Part shown: piece by piece, positions 17,735 to 25,881 of the stretch | Position numbering within the stretch: position 1 is the stretch's first letter | Layout: each line of letters starts with the position of its first letter | Source of the DNA: Candidatus Bathyarchaeia archaeon | GTDB lineage: Archaea; Thermoproteota; Bathyarchaeia; Bathyarchaeales; Bathycorpusculaceae | DNA: 27,435 nucleotides | Direction of reading: 5' to 3' | Assembly: GCA_038882975.1 (NCBI GenBank) | Contig: JAVZNE010000013.1 | Coordinates: 1-27,435, forward strand | Notes under the pieces: model-generated | What the model saw: only the letters and a program-made list of their open reading frames with translations | Told to the model about the DNA's origin: nothing | Databases searched by the model: none | Position numbers and translations under genes: made by a program

Positions 17735-18583
17735 ATGAGCATGTCAAAAAGGGAATTCTTTAAACCCATAATATCAGGTGCGATTGCTGCCTTGCTTCTT
17801 GGGGCGATCACCTATTACCTTATCCCAATTCCACGAAGTCCATCATTTGCGGTGATCGCTTTTGCTTTAGGTTCTAGCAAACAATTCTCTGGAAATTACT
17901 TTACCTTATTCGTTGATTCGTTGAACATAACTTTTTCGCATTCAAATGGATCTACCATTCAAATTCATCCACCATGGCAGTCGGATAACTACACAATAAA
18001 CTTGAACTTTCCAAAGGAATACGCTGGAGAACTTAATTTGACGGATTTAGAGAAAATCACAGTGTCTATTACAACGCTTCTTTATATGAATGATGAAAGT
18101 ACTCTAAAATTCATCGTGGGGGTAATTGAGAACAGAACAATAGATGTAAATTTACATGTAGACGAGCGCACCATAAATTTAGGTTACAGTAAAGTCTCAG
18201 GCAAAAGTTTTGGCTTCGTTTCAGGAACTGGTACAGAAGAAATCAGGAAAGAGGTTCACAAAATTTTGTCAAACTTAACAGATAACATAAACGAAAGAAT
18301 CTCTACAGGATATTGGAATGTAACTGATTATATTTGGGAAATATCAATAGAGGAATTAAAGGATATGCTGAGCGGATCGAATTTGGCTAACATAACCTTT
18401 ACCATGGAGAAGGACATGTTTTTAAAATATTATGTTGTAACTCCAGAGGGAAGCATATACGGTGAATCTAACTTGCAGTGGTCTGGAATATGGGGAACGT
18501 TTCAACTGATACTTTGGGAAGATGAAACAACCACCATACGTTATGACATCTCAAATATAGAATTGAATATGATTGTAGCTTAA
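17735..18583 (+). CDS. N-terminally anchored, probably glycosylated extracellular protein
   Basis: GGTGAT SD before ATG 17735, TM IISGAIAALLLGAITYYLI and a beta-rich body with 8 N-x-S/T sequons. Confidence 0.75.
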   Translation: MSMSKREFFKPIISGAIAALLLGAITYYLIPIPRSPSFAVIAFALGSSKQFSGNYFTLFVDSLNITFSHSNGSTIQIHPPWQSDNYTINLNFPKEYAGELNLTDLEKITVSITTLLYMNDESTLKFIVGVIENRTIDVNLHVDERTINLGYSKVSGKSFGFVSGTGTEEIRKEVHKILSNLTDNINERISTGYWNVTDYIWEISIEELKDMLSGSNLANITFTMEKDMFLKYYVVTPEGSIYGESNLQWSGIWGTFQLILWEDETTTIRYDISNIELNMIVA

Positions 18584-18771
18584 CTGTTTAAGCCCACTCT
18601 TTCTTGCGTGTTTTCTGGGTTAACTCGTTTCTCCCTTGTTGCTTACCGCTATTGACGCTGAAACCACATGATAAAGATAAAAAAGTATTTAGCTTTAGAA
18701 GATATTTTGAGTATTGCCAAACGAAGTTAGGTTGATGAACAGTGCTATCTTCTCTTATTAGAAGATTAAAA

Positions 18772-19074
18772 ATGAATACCAGGAGAAGATTTTTGAAAAT
18801 TACGGCGTTTGTTTTTTCAGTAGTTTCGTTTTCAGGGTTTATTAATTCCGTTTATGCGGACCCCCTTCCCTATCGACCCTTAAATGCTTACTACGCGCTT
18901 GTTGTGATAATAGCCGAGCTTATAGCGTTGACAATTGGTGCCGAAGTCTTATCAGTAATGTTAAAAAAGATTGCAAAAATAAAAGCTCCAAGAAAAATCG
19001 TTTATTCAGTCATGCTGGTCGCCATGCTTATCAGTTACTTCATAGGTCTCCTTCTTTCCTCCATGTTTCTCTGA
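18772..19074 (+). CDS. Small membrane protein with a twin-arginine-like signal peptide and two TM helices
   Basis: MNTRRRFLKITAFVFSVVSFSGFINSVYA followed by two hydrophobic helices. Confidence 0.65.
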   Translation: MNTRRRFLKITAFVFSVVSFSGFINSVYADPLPYRPLNAYYALVVIIAELIALTIGAEVLSVMLKKIAKIKAPRKIVYSVMLVAMLISYFIGLLLSSMFL

Positions 19075-19185
19075 GAGGTGTAGCTGCTTCAAAAGTAAAT
19101 AACAGAATTAACTAAATATAGGTCAGTTCAGCAGCAAGTAATAAAATGAATAAAATGGCAATTAGTGCGAAAGATTGTTAGCTTT

Positions 19186-19770
19186 TTATTTAGATAGGAT
19201 CAGGTCTATAAGGGCTTTTTGGTTCACTTCTGCGTGGGTGCGCCAGTCCAGATACAACTGTTCATTTTCGTCTTGGGTTAAGTAGCCATAGCGTATGTAG
19301 CGGTCTATGTTTAAGCCCACCCTCCAGCCTGGCAACTTCTCACGTAATAGCTCCTCCACCTCTTTGCGGGGCGCTTTTCCCTTTTTTGAGATTATGTAGG
19401 CTATTGTTATGGCTAGTCCCGCCAAGTCGTCTATGCGCCACCCAACCATCTTAGCCTCTTTAGGCGTTAAATCGCCCCTTAGGGTTATGTAGAACCTTGT
19501 CTTGTCCAATTCTTCTAACGTTGGCTTTTCAGAGGCTGGCCTCTCCTCTTCAAAAACCATTTTAACCTGCAAGTCCAGCGGCTTCAAATACTCATCTAAA
19601 ATGCTCAGGACTTTCGGGTAGTCTGAGCCCAAAGCCTTTCTGAGTTCCCAGCCCTTCACTCCGGGCTTTTTGTGTCGGCGGTAGAAGAGCATGTGGACGG
19701 CTCTTTTCATTTTGCTGGCGTAGACGGCTTTTCTCTTACTCACCTTTGCGCTTTTCTCCATTTTTCCCAC
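19186..19770 (-). CDS. KITE-like tandem winged-helix protein (ScpB/Nse1/Nse3-like)
   Basis: About 190 aa with two wHTH-sized units; the C-terminus IDRYIRYGYLTQDENEQLYLDWRTHAEV resembles the Nse1/Nse3 wing. Third gene of the SMC operon; the likely start is GTG 19743 (GTGA overlap). Confidence 0.62.
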   Translation of the reverse strand: MGKMEKSAKVSKRKAVYASKMKRAVHMLFYRRHKKPGVKGWELRKALGSDYPKVLSILDEYLKPLDLQVKMVFEEERPASEKPTLEELDKTRFYITLRGDLTPKEAKMVGWRIDDLAGLAITIAYIISKKGKAPRKEVEELLREKLPGWRVGLNIDRYIRYGYLTQDENEQLYLDWRTHAEVNQKALIDLILSK

Positions 19771-20564
19771 TCTTCAATAGTTATGGCTATCGGAATTGAA
19801 ACCAGCTGTTTTTTGGCTATGCGCCTCTGCTGCTTCTCAAAAGGCTTAATGAAGATTTCCTCCTCCAACGGGTGAACCTCAAGGGTTGCATAACCATAAG
19901 TTACGAGAAAACTTGTCATGAAAGCCCTATGAATCGTCTCTTCATAGGTTTCAGCGCCGACAAAATCCCAGTACCGAATTCTGCCGTTTTGGCCCTTCTC
20001 GCTGACCAGCCTTTTCAACTCTTTCCAGAAGTTTTCCAACTCTTCAGTGAAGGCTTTATCCTGCAAAATTCTAAGCCTTATAAGCTCCTCTCGGGTGGCG
20101 GCTCCGCCAGCTTCTTCTGGTGGTGGAAACTCTTTCCATCTGTCTTTTAGTGGCGGGAGGCTTTCCCAGTAGCGCAGCGCTTCTTTTAGGCTGTGGAGCG
20201 AAATCTGTTCAAACTCCACTATTGGGTGCCAAGAGCCAACAAAAGCCTCTACAATGGCTTCTTTCTCCATCCGTTTTATTTTCTCTTCTAGGAGGAAGGG
20301 GTCTGTGTAAAGAGATGTTGAGCGGTGCCTAACCCATTCGCTTTGAAGCCTAACAACCGATGCGAGGCGGTTTATGGCTTCAGCGTCTAGGCATAGGTCT
20401 TCGGGCTGCTCCCACTCCGGGAAAAACTCCCTCACAACCCTTATTATCTCGTCCACATCCACCAGGAAGGGGTCTAGGGAGCGCTCCTCAACAGCCTTGC
20501 ACATCTCGATAACCCGCTGCAATCTTTCACGCCCAATTCTGACGTGTTCCCGCTTCGACTGCAT
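19740..20564 (-). CDS. Divergent ScpA-like kleisin
   Basis: N-terminal LDPFLVDVDEII...LASVVRLQSEWV resembles archaeal ScpA (IDPWDIDI...LRMKSE). C-terminal RAFMTSFLVTYGYATLEVHPLEEEIFI resembles the kleisin wHTH (FLALL.L...G...L.Q...FGEI.I). Confidence 0.72.
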   Translation of the reverse strand: MQSKREHVRIGRERLQRVIEMCKAVEERSLDPFLVDVDEIIRVVREFFPEWEQPEDLCLDAEAINRLASVVRLQSEWVRHRSTSLYTDPFLLEEKIKRMEKEAIVEAFVGSWHPIVEFEQISLHSLKEALRYWESLPPLKDRWKEFPPPEEAGGAATREELIRLRILQDKAFTEELENFWKELKRLVSEKGQNGRIRYWDFVGAETYEETIHRAFMTSFLVTYGYATLEVHPLEEEIFIKPFEKQQRRIAKKQLVSIPIAITIEEWEKWRKAQR

Positions 20565-22486
20565 TAGGCAACCTCTTTGATAATCGACTTTCCTTCAACA
20601 TTCTGAACAGTAATGATGTGCACCTTGTCCTTAGCGAAGGTCACCTGGCTTGGAGTAATCACCACATACTGCGCGTTCGCGTTTTTAACTGTTGAAATCA
20701 GCATTTCAGCTATTATTTCCCGGTTCTTCGGGTCCATGTGCACGTCGTACTCGTCCACTGCGCGGAAGGGCGAGCGTACATGCTGCTGCAACGCCAAAAG
20801 GAAGCTCATGGTGGCTGTTGTTCTTTCGCCCCCGCTTTGTGTATAGGCGTTAAGCGGCACAGGTTTTCCACCCTTAAAGCCTACGAGGATTTCAAGTCCA
20901 GCCGCCTCAATGTCATGCTCGTTCACAAGCCTAACCTCGCCAACAGCCTGAGAAACTGCTAAAATCTTCTGGTATTCAAGGTTTACACGGTCTAGGAGGC
21001 TTTGAATCACTGTTCGCCAAGCTTGCATCCTAGCCTTAACCTCTTCTAAGGCTTTCTCACGATTTTCAGCCACCAGTCGGGCTTTCTCCTTAAGCTCCAA
21101 GTAAAGCCGCGAATAAGACTCGTACATGCGCTCCACATCTTCTGAAACACCAGCCAAAGCCGCCAAGTGCCCATCAGTAACGCGAATCTCATCCAAGATT
21201 TCGCCAACACTCTTAATGACGGCTATTCTGGGGCCAGTCTCCTCAGCCCTCTTAATAGCAGCATCCAACTGGGCTTTTGCATCTTTAAGCGCCTTCTCCA
21301 AATCCTCAAGGTTTGCCTTCGCATTCTCCATTCGATAATTCAAAAGCGCAAGCCTAACCCGCGTGTCGAGGATTTGGCTTCCAACCTTCTCTATATGCTC
21401 CTCAAGAATCCTTGCCTCTGAAATTTTTCTGGTTAGCTCCTCATCAAGCTTTGAAACCTTTAACCGCGAATTTTCTATGAGTTCTTTTAGGCTTTCAGTT
21501 TTTAAAAGCTTCAAGTGCTGTTTGCCGCTTTGAGCCTCGTTTTCTATGAAGGCTGCCTCTGCCAATAGCTGTTCACAAAGCGAAATTGTGGCTTGACCTC
21601 CAGCTTTCTCCCTTTCGAGGCTTATGGTTTCGTTGAGGCTCCTCTTCCATTCGCTTTTCAGCCTTTCAAGCTGGCTCTGATGAGTTTGAAGCTGCTCTTG
21701 GGCTGTTTTTGCTTCGCCCTCAATCAGCCTTAACAAGGATAATTCCTTCTCAAGTTTCGCCTCCAAATCCTTGACGATGTCTTCTCTACGGTTCACCTCA
21801 GCCCAGGCAAGTTCCCGCTCCAGGAAACGCCTCTTCGCCATCAGCTGCTTCTTCTCTTGAAACCTTTCGTATTGTTCCCTCCAGTAATTGAGGGTCTGCT
21901 CCGCCGACTCCAAAAGCTTGCTTATGGACTCTTCTTGGCTTAATATGCGAGTGAGCTTTTTCTGGGCTTCAAGCACGTTTTCACGGTAAGCCTCAAGCCC
22001 AACAGCCGCCTCCACCATCTTCAGCTTATCCTGTGGAGAAAGAACTGTAAACTGTTCCACCATGTTCTGGTGCATAATAATAAGCATGTTATCCGGGTCA
22101 ACGCCTAATTTGGCTAAGAGCCTCTCCACGTCCTGCTTTGACGCGGCACGATTCTCCAACTCAAACCAGTACTTGCCATCCCGCCTCAAAACCCGAGTTA
22201 AGAAAATCTGATCCTTGTTAAACTTTGGAACTGGACGCTTACCACCCCGCTTAGAATTGTCCAGTATAAGCGTAACACGGGCTTGATCCTTACCCCAACG
22301 GATCAAGTCGCTGAGCTTCCTGGAACGCTCAGTGTAAGACTGCCCAAGAGCCACAGAAACAGCCAACAGAAGCGAGGATTTCCCAGCGCCATTGGGACCA
22401 CAAACCACGTTCACGCCTGGTTTAAGGGGCACCCTAGCATACTCATAACTCATGAAGTTTTCAAGGATTACCTCGCTGATCAGCAT
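20564..22486 (-). CDS. Short SMC-family ATPase with Smc5/6-like head (about 640 aa)
   Basis: LENFMSY, Walker A GPNGAGKSS, Q-loop DNMLIIMHQ, long coiled coil, signature QSGGER, Walker B/D-loop PFRAVDEYDVHMD and ITP. Start ATG 22486. Confidence 0.92.
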   Translation of the reverse strand: MLISEVILENFMSYEYARVPLKPGVNVVCGPNGAGKSSLLLAVSVALGQSYTERSRKLSDLIRWGKDQARVTLILDNSKRGGKRPVPKFNKDQIFLTRVLRRDGKYWFELENRAASKQDVERLLAKLGVDPDNMLIIMHQNMVEQFTVLSPQDKLKMVEAAVGLEAYRENVLEAQKKLTRILSQEESISKLLESAEQTLNYWREQYERFQEKKQLMAKRRFLERELAWAEVNRREDIVKDLEAKLEKELSLLRLIEGEAKTAQEQLQTHQSQLERLKSEWKRSLNETISLEREKAGGQATISLCEQLLAEAAFIENEAQSGKQHLKLLKTESLKELIENSRLKVSKLDEELTRKISEARILEEHIEKVGSQILDTRVRLALLNYRMENAKANLEDLEKALKDAKAQLDAAIKRAEETGPRIAVIKSVGEILDEIRVTDGHLAALAGVSEDVERMYESYSRLYLELKEKARLVAENREKALEEVKARMQAWRTVIQSLLDRVNLEYQKILAVSQAVGEVRLVNEHDIEAAGLEILVGFKGGKPVPLNAYTQSGGERTTATMSFLLALQQHVRSPFRAVDEYDVHMDPKNREIIAEMLISTVKNANAQYVVITPSQVTFAKDKVHIITVQNVEGKSIIKEVA

Positions 22487-22607
22487 CCGATTTCTTTTCC
22501 TCTGCGCTTGTCCTACTGCAGTATAAAATAGAGGATAAAAACTCTTATTAAAACAATTAGGCAACCAGAAGCCAAGGCAAACCAGATTTTAACAAATTCT
22601 TAGAGGG

Positions 22608-22853
22608 TTAAGGCTTACCATGGCTCAGCTTTTTCCGCGCCTCCATCTCCAGCATCCATTCTTTTGCCAATTCCTTTGGAAAATCATCAAACATCCTCTT
22701 CAAAGTCGCTATGCTAAGTTTTCCAAGGGGCTTTTGGCACACGGCGCATTTAAGCCTAAAGTGGGTTTCCTCAATAGTTAAGAGCGGCGAGCGGCAATAG
22801 GGGCAGAAAAGTATTCCATCCCTATAAATCGGCGGCTTTAACCCGCTTTCCAT
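22608..22853 (-). CDS. Small C4 zinc-finger protein
   Basis: CPYC...CAVC; overlaps the upstream gene by 16 nt. Confidence 0.65.
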   Translation of the reverse strand: MESGLKPPIYRDGILFCPYCRSPLLTIEETHFRLKCAVCQKPLGKLSIATLKRMFDDFPKELAKEWMLEMEARKKLSHGKP

Positions 22854-23392
22854 TTCAACCCCTCCCGATAATACTTTATAAGATGCGCCAAGCCTTCCTC
22901 CTCAGCCCTTTTCATTAGGTAATCCCAGTCTATTTTTTCACCCATGTTTAAAAGCACAGACATAACATCCGAAAAGTCAAAAGTGTCCGGTCTCCTCGCT
23001 TTCAACTTGGTTATTATGTAGTCTTCTGGGCATGGGATAGTTATCCGTACGCCGTCAACCTCAACCCTTTTAAGCTTTTTCAACGATTCTTGGCTTAAAC
23101 CGGCAGCGCTTAAGGAGAGAAGAACATCCACCCCAGTTCTTGTTACATTATCAATAAACTTCATCACAGTCTTTCCATCATAATACAACGTGTACCTATC
23201 TCCTAAAATTCTCTGCAACTTCTCCTTAGAAACACGTGAAACAATCACCATGTCTATGTCCGCCGATGTTCTTGGTCTGCCGTAAAAATGTACTGGTATT
23301 GCCCCAACAACCACACATCTTATCCTATGCCTTCCAAGCCTCTCAACTAAATCCTTTAGGCAAAGCTTAACTTGTTCCGGTATGTAACTCAT
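22838..23392 (-). CDS. Nucleotidyltransferase, Pol-beta superfamily (DUF6036/AbiEii-like)
   Basis: VVGAIPVHFYGRPRTSADID, VDVL, PEDYIITKLKARR..D..D and IDWDYL motifs. Confidence 0.85.
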   Translation of the reverse strand: MSYIPEQVKLCLKDLVERLGRHRIRCVVVGAIPVHFYGRPRTSADIDMVIVSRVSKEKLQRILGDRYTLYYDGKTVMKFIDNVTRTGVDVLLSLSAAGLSQESLKKLKRVEVDGVRITIPCPEDYIITKLKARRPDTFDFSDVMSVLLNMGEKIDWDYLMKRAEEEGLAHLIKYYREGLKWKAG

Positions 23393-23555
23393 GGCTGTTC
23401 AGAACTTTAAGCTAAAGGGGTAATATAAGCCTTCTAAAACACACCAGCAAGGGACGTGGAGCCAATAAAATTAACTTACTGATAGCAGCGCCTTGAATAT
23501 CAAAAATTTTAAGACTTTGTAATAAAATCTAAGGTTTAACGGTAGTGTCAAAATA

Positions 23556-24131
23556 ATGAGTGAACTTGAAATAAATAAACTTGGAGTTGTTGGAACAATC
23601 ATCCTAATCCTCAGTTTATTCGTGCCATGGTGGGAAATGAGCCTGGAAGCATCTTGTGGAATTGACCATGCCGGAATTAGGCAATCAATTCGGATATCAT
23701 TAAATCTTTGGCACATAATGGCAACAAACTATCCGGTGCAAGCATTGGCAATTTATATAGTAGACTTTTTGCCAGCTATAATTTTCTATATTTGCAGTAT
23801 TGCTTTAGGAATCGCTGGTAGCATCCTTTCCACAGGGAAAAAAGAAATGTTTATCTCCAGCGGGCTGTTCACCATTTTGTCACTTGTAACATTTACCGCG
23901 ATTTTAAGCTATTCGCTTTTAAAAGTGGCGACATCGTACTTTCTCTTTAGTTACCCGGGCATTGTAAATAAGCTGGTGCCTTTTCCAAAAGCAAGTTTAT
24001 TCTCAAGTGGCTCATATACATATGAGGAAGTTTCCGTAAGTTATTCAACTTACTTATCCATTGGCTTTTGGCTGGTGCTTGCTGCGGCGATCATATTTTT
24101 TGTTGCTTTCTATAAACAGTTAAGCAAATAG
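23556..24131 (+). CDS. Four-TM membrane protein
   Basis: LSLFVPWW after TM1, four hydrophobic segments and C-terminal SIGFWLVLAA. Confidence 0.75.
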   Translation: MSELEINKLGVVGTIILILSLFVPWWEMSLEASCGIDHAGIRQSIRISLNLWHIMATNYPVQALAIYIVDFLPAIIFYICSIALGIAGSILSTGKKEMFISSGLFTILSLVTFTAILSYSLLKVATSYFLFSYPGIVNKLVPFPKASLFSSGSYTYEEVSVSYSTYLSIGFWLVLAAAIIFFVAFYKQLSK

Positions 24132-24221
24132 ATAGTTGAGCGTTAACTGCATAACATAAATTTATACGTAAAGCTTCTTAACTAGAGTAGTGCATATTCA
24201 AAGTTTGGTGTGTTGGGACAT

Positions 24222-24914
24222 ATGGTTGTTGCGGGGAAGGTTTTTAGGCTTTCAGAACCGCTTCCCTTGGACGAGGTTGCCTCTAGGCTTGAAGGTTATC
24301 GTGTTGAGGAATCCTATGAGGAGGGCGACTACAAGTTTACACTTGTAACAGAGGTTGTTGGGCTTCTCCCAAAACCAGAGGAGAACATGCTTAGGGGCGT
24401 CTACTCCCACGACTACATAATTCACGTTTTCCATAGGGGCAAAGTTGCACCCTTGCCCCGCACGGTTGAAGCTCTCTTCAGCTTTTCCAAGTTGGAAGAT
24501 GTCACATTCTTAACGGTTGTTGAGAAGAAGCGCTTGGCTAACTTCATAGCTAACAAAATAAGTGAAATTCTCTTCGACCGTGTCGGCGGAGTGGTGGAAG
24601 CCCGCATACCGCCTGAAACCCTCCGCGAGTTCCACCTGAAAAATCCAGAAGACACAAAAATCACTTTTTTCGACAATGTGGATATTCCCAACGTGAATAA
24701 GCTTTCGCTTTATGGACCGGACTTGGTGAACACTTCACTTTTTGAGGATTATTGCAAGCACGGCGACTTATGGTACATTGTTGCTAGAGCGAGAGAGTAC
24801 GGCTATGTCGTTGGCATAACAAGAGACTCTTCAGTAACAATCTTCAACCTAACAGACAAGGAAAAATATTTAGAATACGTAACCAAAGAAATATACCCGC
24901 TAATCCTAAAGTAG
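24222..24914 (+). CDS. Conserved-looking archaeal hypothetical protein (alpha/beta)
   Basis: 230-aa ORF with housekeeping-like composition and a TATA-like TTTATA upstream. Confidence 0.8.
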   Translation: MVVAGKVFRLSEPLPLDEVASRLEGYRVEESYEEGDYKFTLVTEVVGLLPKPEENMLRGVYSHDYIIHVFHRGKVAPLPRTVEALFSFSKLEDVTFLTVVEKKRLANFIANKISEILFDRVGGVVEARIPPETLREFHLKNPEDTKITFFDNVDIPNVNKLSLYGPDLVNTSLFEDYCKHGDLWYIVARAREYGYVVGITRDSSVTIFNLTDKEKYLEYVTKEIYPLILK

Positions 24915-24986
24915 GCGCCTGTAAAGCCATGTTTTATGAAACTTTAATAGGACGTTTTAGAGAATAACCATCACATTGGAGGAAAT

Positions 24987-25331
24987 ATGTTGGAGTCGAA
25001 AAGAAACGCGTTTGGCTATGGTGCTGGCGCCCTCGCTATCCTTGTCATTTCTTTGGGTTTAGCGGCTGTTATCTACAGCGTTAACGTTATTCCCTTCGAC
25101 TTCCTTAACCTTCCAGCTTGGATTTTTGCCCCCTTAGGGGTTTACACGTTGTTTTATGCGTTTTTCAGCCGAAAGGACCCAATTTATTATCTGGTCTGTG
25201 GAGTTGTCATGACATGCATTGGTGTTATTTCAGCTACGTATGCCGTCGTGCCTCCGCTTCTAGTTCTGGGGATACTTTTAATTATAATCGCTGTCATAGG
25301 TATAGCCGCATATAAGAGGAGTAAACAATGA
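24987..25331 (+). CDS. Small four-TM membrane protein
   Basis: GGAGG SD, four hydrophobic helices and an ATGA overlap with the next gene. Confidence 0.82.
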   Translation: MLESKRNAFGYGAGALAILVISLGLAAVIYSVNVIPFDFLNLPAWIFAPLGVYTLFYAFFSRKDPIYYLVCGVVMTCIGVISATYAVVPPLLVLGILLIIIAVIGIAAYKRSKQ

Positions 25332-25864
25332 GTGGGAAAGAATATCTGGAAAAGGTTCGCGGGGAAAGAAGCCTTCTAGAGCGGATTATGGGCTATATCC
25401 CCGGGTATAGGGGATACAAGGAGAAGGAACTTCGCAGAGAAAGCGACCGCCTCGTACGGATGGAAGTTGTAAACAGGCTTAAGGATGCAAAGATGACTTT
25501 CAAGAGAAGTTTCGCAAACCCGTCGGTTGCCCAGAAGCTTTCTGGAGAGGACACGTATAGGTATGAGGCGCTGTTATCAAGACTTGACAGGGTGACCCAA
25601 AGGATAGATAGGGCTGTTGCCGGGTATGCTGGAATGTTTGACGCTGTTAAGGTGCGGGAGGATAAGCTTGACCAAGTCCTTCAAGCTGATGCAAGCCTCA
25701 TTGAGAAGGCTGAATCCATAAGGTTGGATGTGGAAAAAATTGTTAAGCTGGAGGTTGGCGGAGGCGAATGGAGGCAAGCCATGGACAACTTAACATCAAA
25801 GGTTGAGGAGTTGGACAGGCTGGTTGACCAGAGAACCGAAATCTTAAGGGGTTTGCAAGGTTAG
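25328..25864 (+). CDS. All-helical conserved hypothetical protein
   Basis: LERIMGYIPGYRGYKEKELRRESDRLVR...GYAGMFDAVKVREDKL; charged helical composition. Confidence 0.82.
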   Translation: MSGKEYLEKVRGERSLLERIMGYIPGYRGYKEKELRRESDRLVRMEVVNRLKDAKMTFKRSFANPSVAQKLSGEDTYRYEALLSRLDRVTQRIDRAVAGYAGMFDAVKVREDKLDQVLQADASLIEKAESIRLDVEKIVKLEVGGGEWRQAMDNLTSKVEELDRLVDQRTEILRGLQG

Positions 25865-25881
25865 ATGGAGGTGAAGTTTGA

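Noticed and set aside
17582-17811. Apparent head-to-head overlap of the 207-aa and 333-aa ORFs
   Set aside because: An artefact of longest-ORF starts; ATG 17613 (-) and ATG 17735 (+, with SD) leave a normal divergent gap.
19186-22486. Calling the SMC trio Wadjet (JetABCD), Rad50/Mre11 or canonical Smc-ScpAB
   Set aside because: No JetD/Toprim or Mre11 gene nearby, no zinc hook, the SMC is far too short, and the head motifs are Smc5/6-like.
22487-22564. 26-aa N-terminal extension of the SMC ORF in the track
   Set aside because: SMC heads begin at the M-x-I-x-x-V-x-L-x-N-F strand; the extension spans AT-rich promoter-like DNA.
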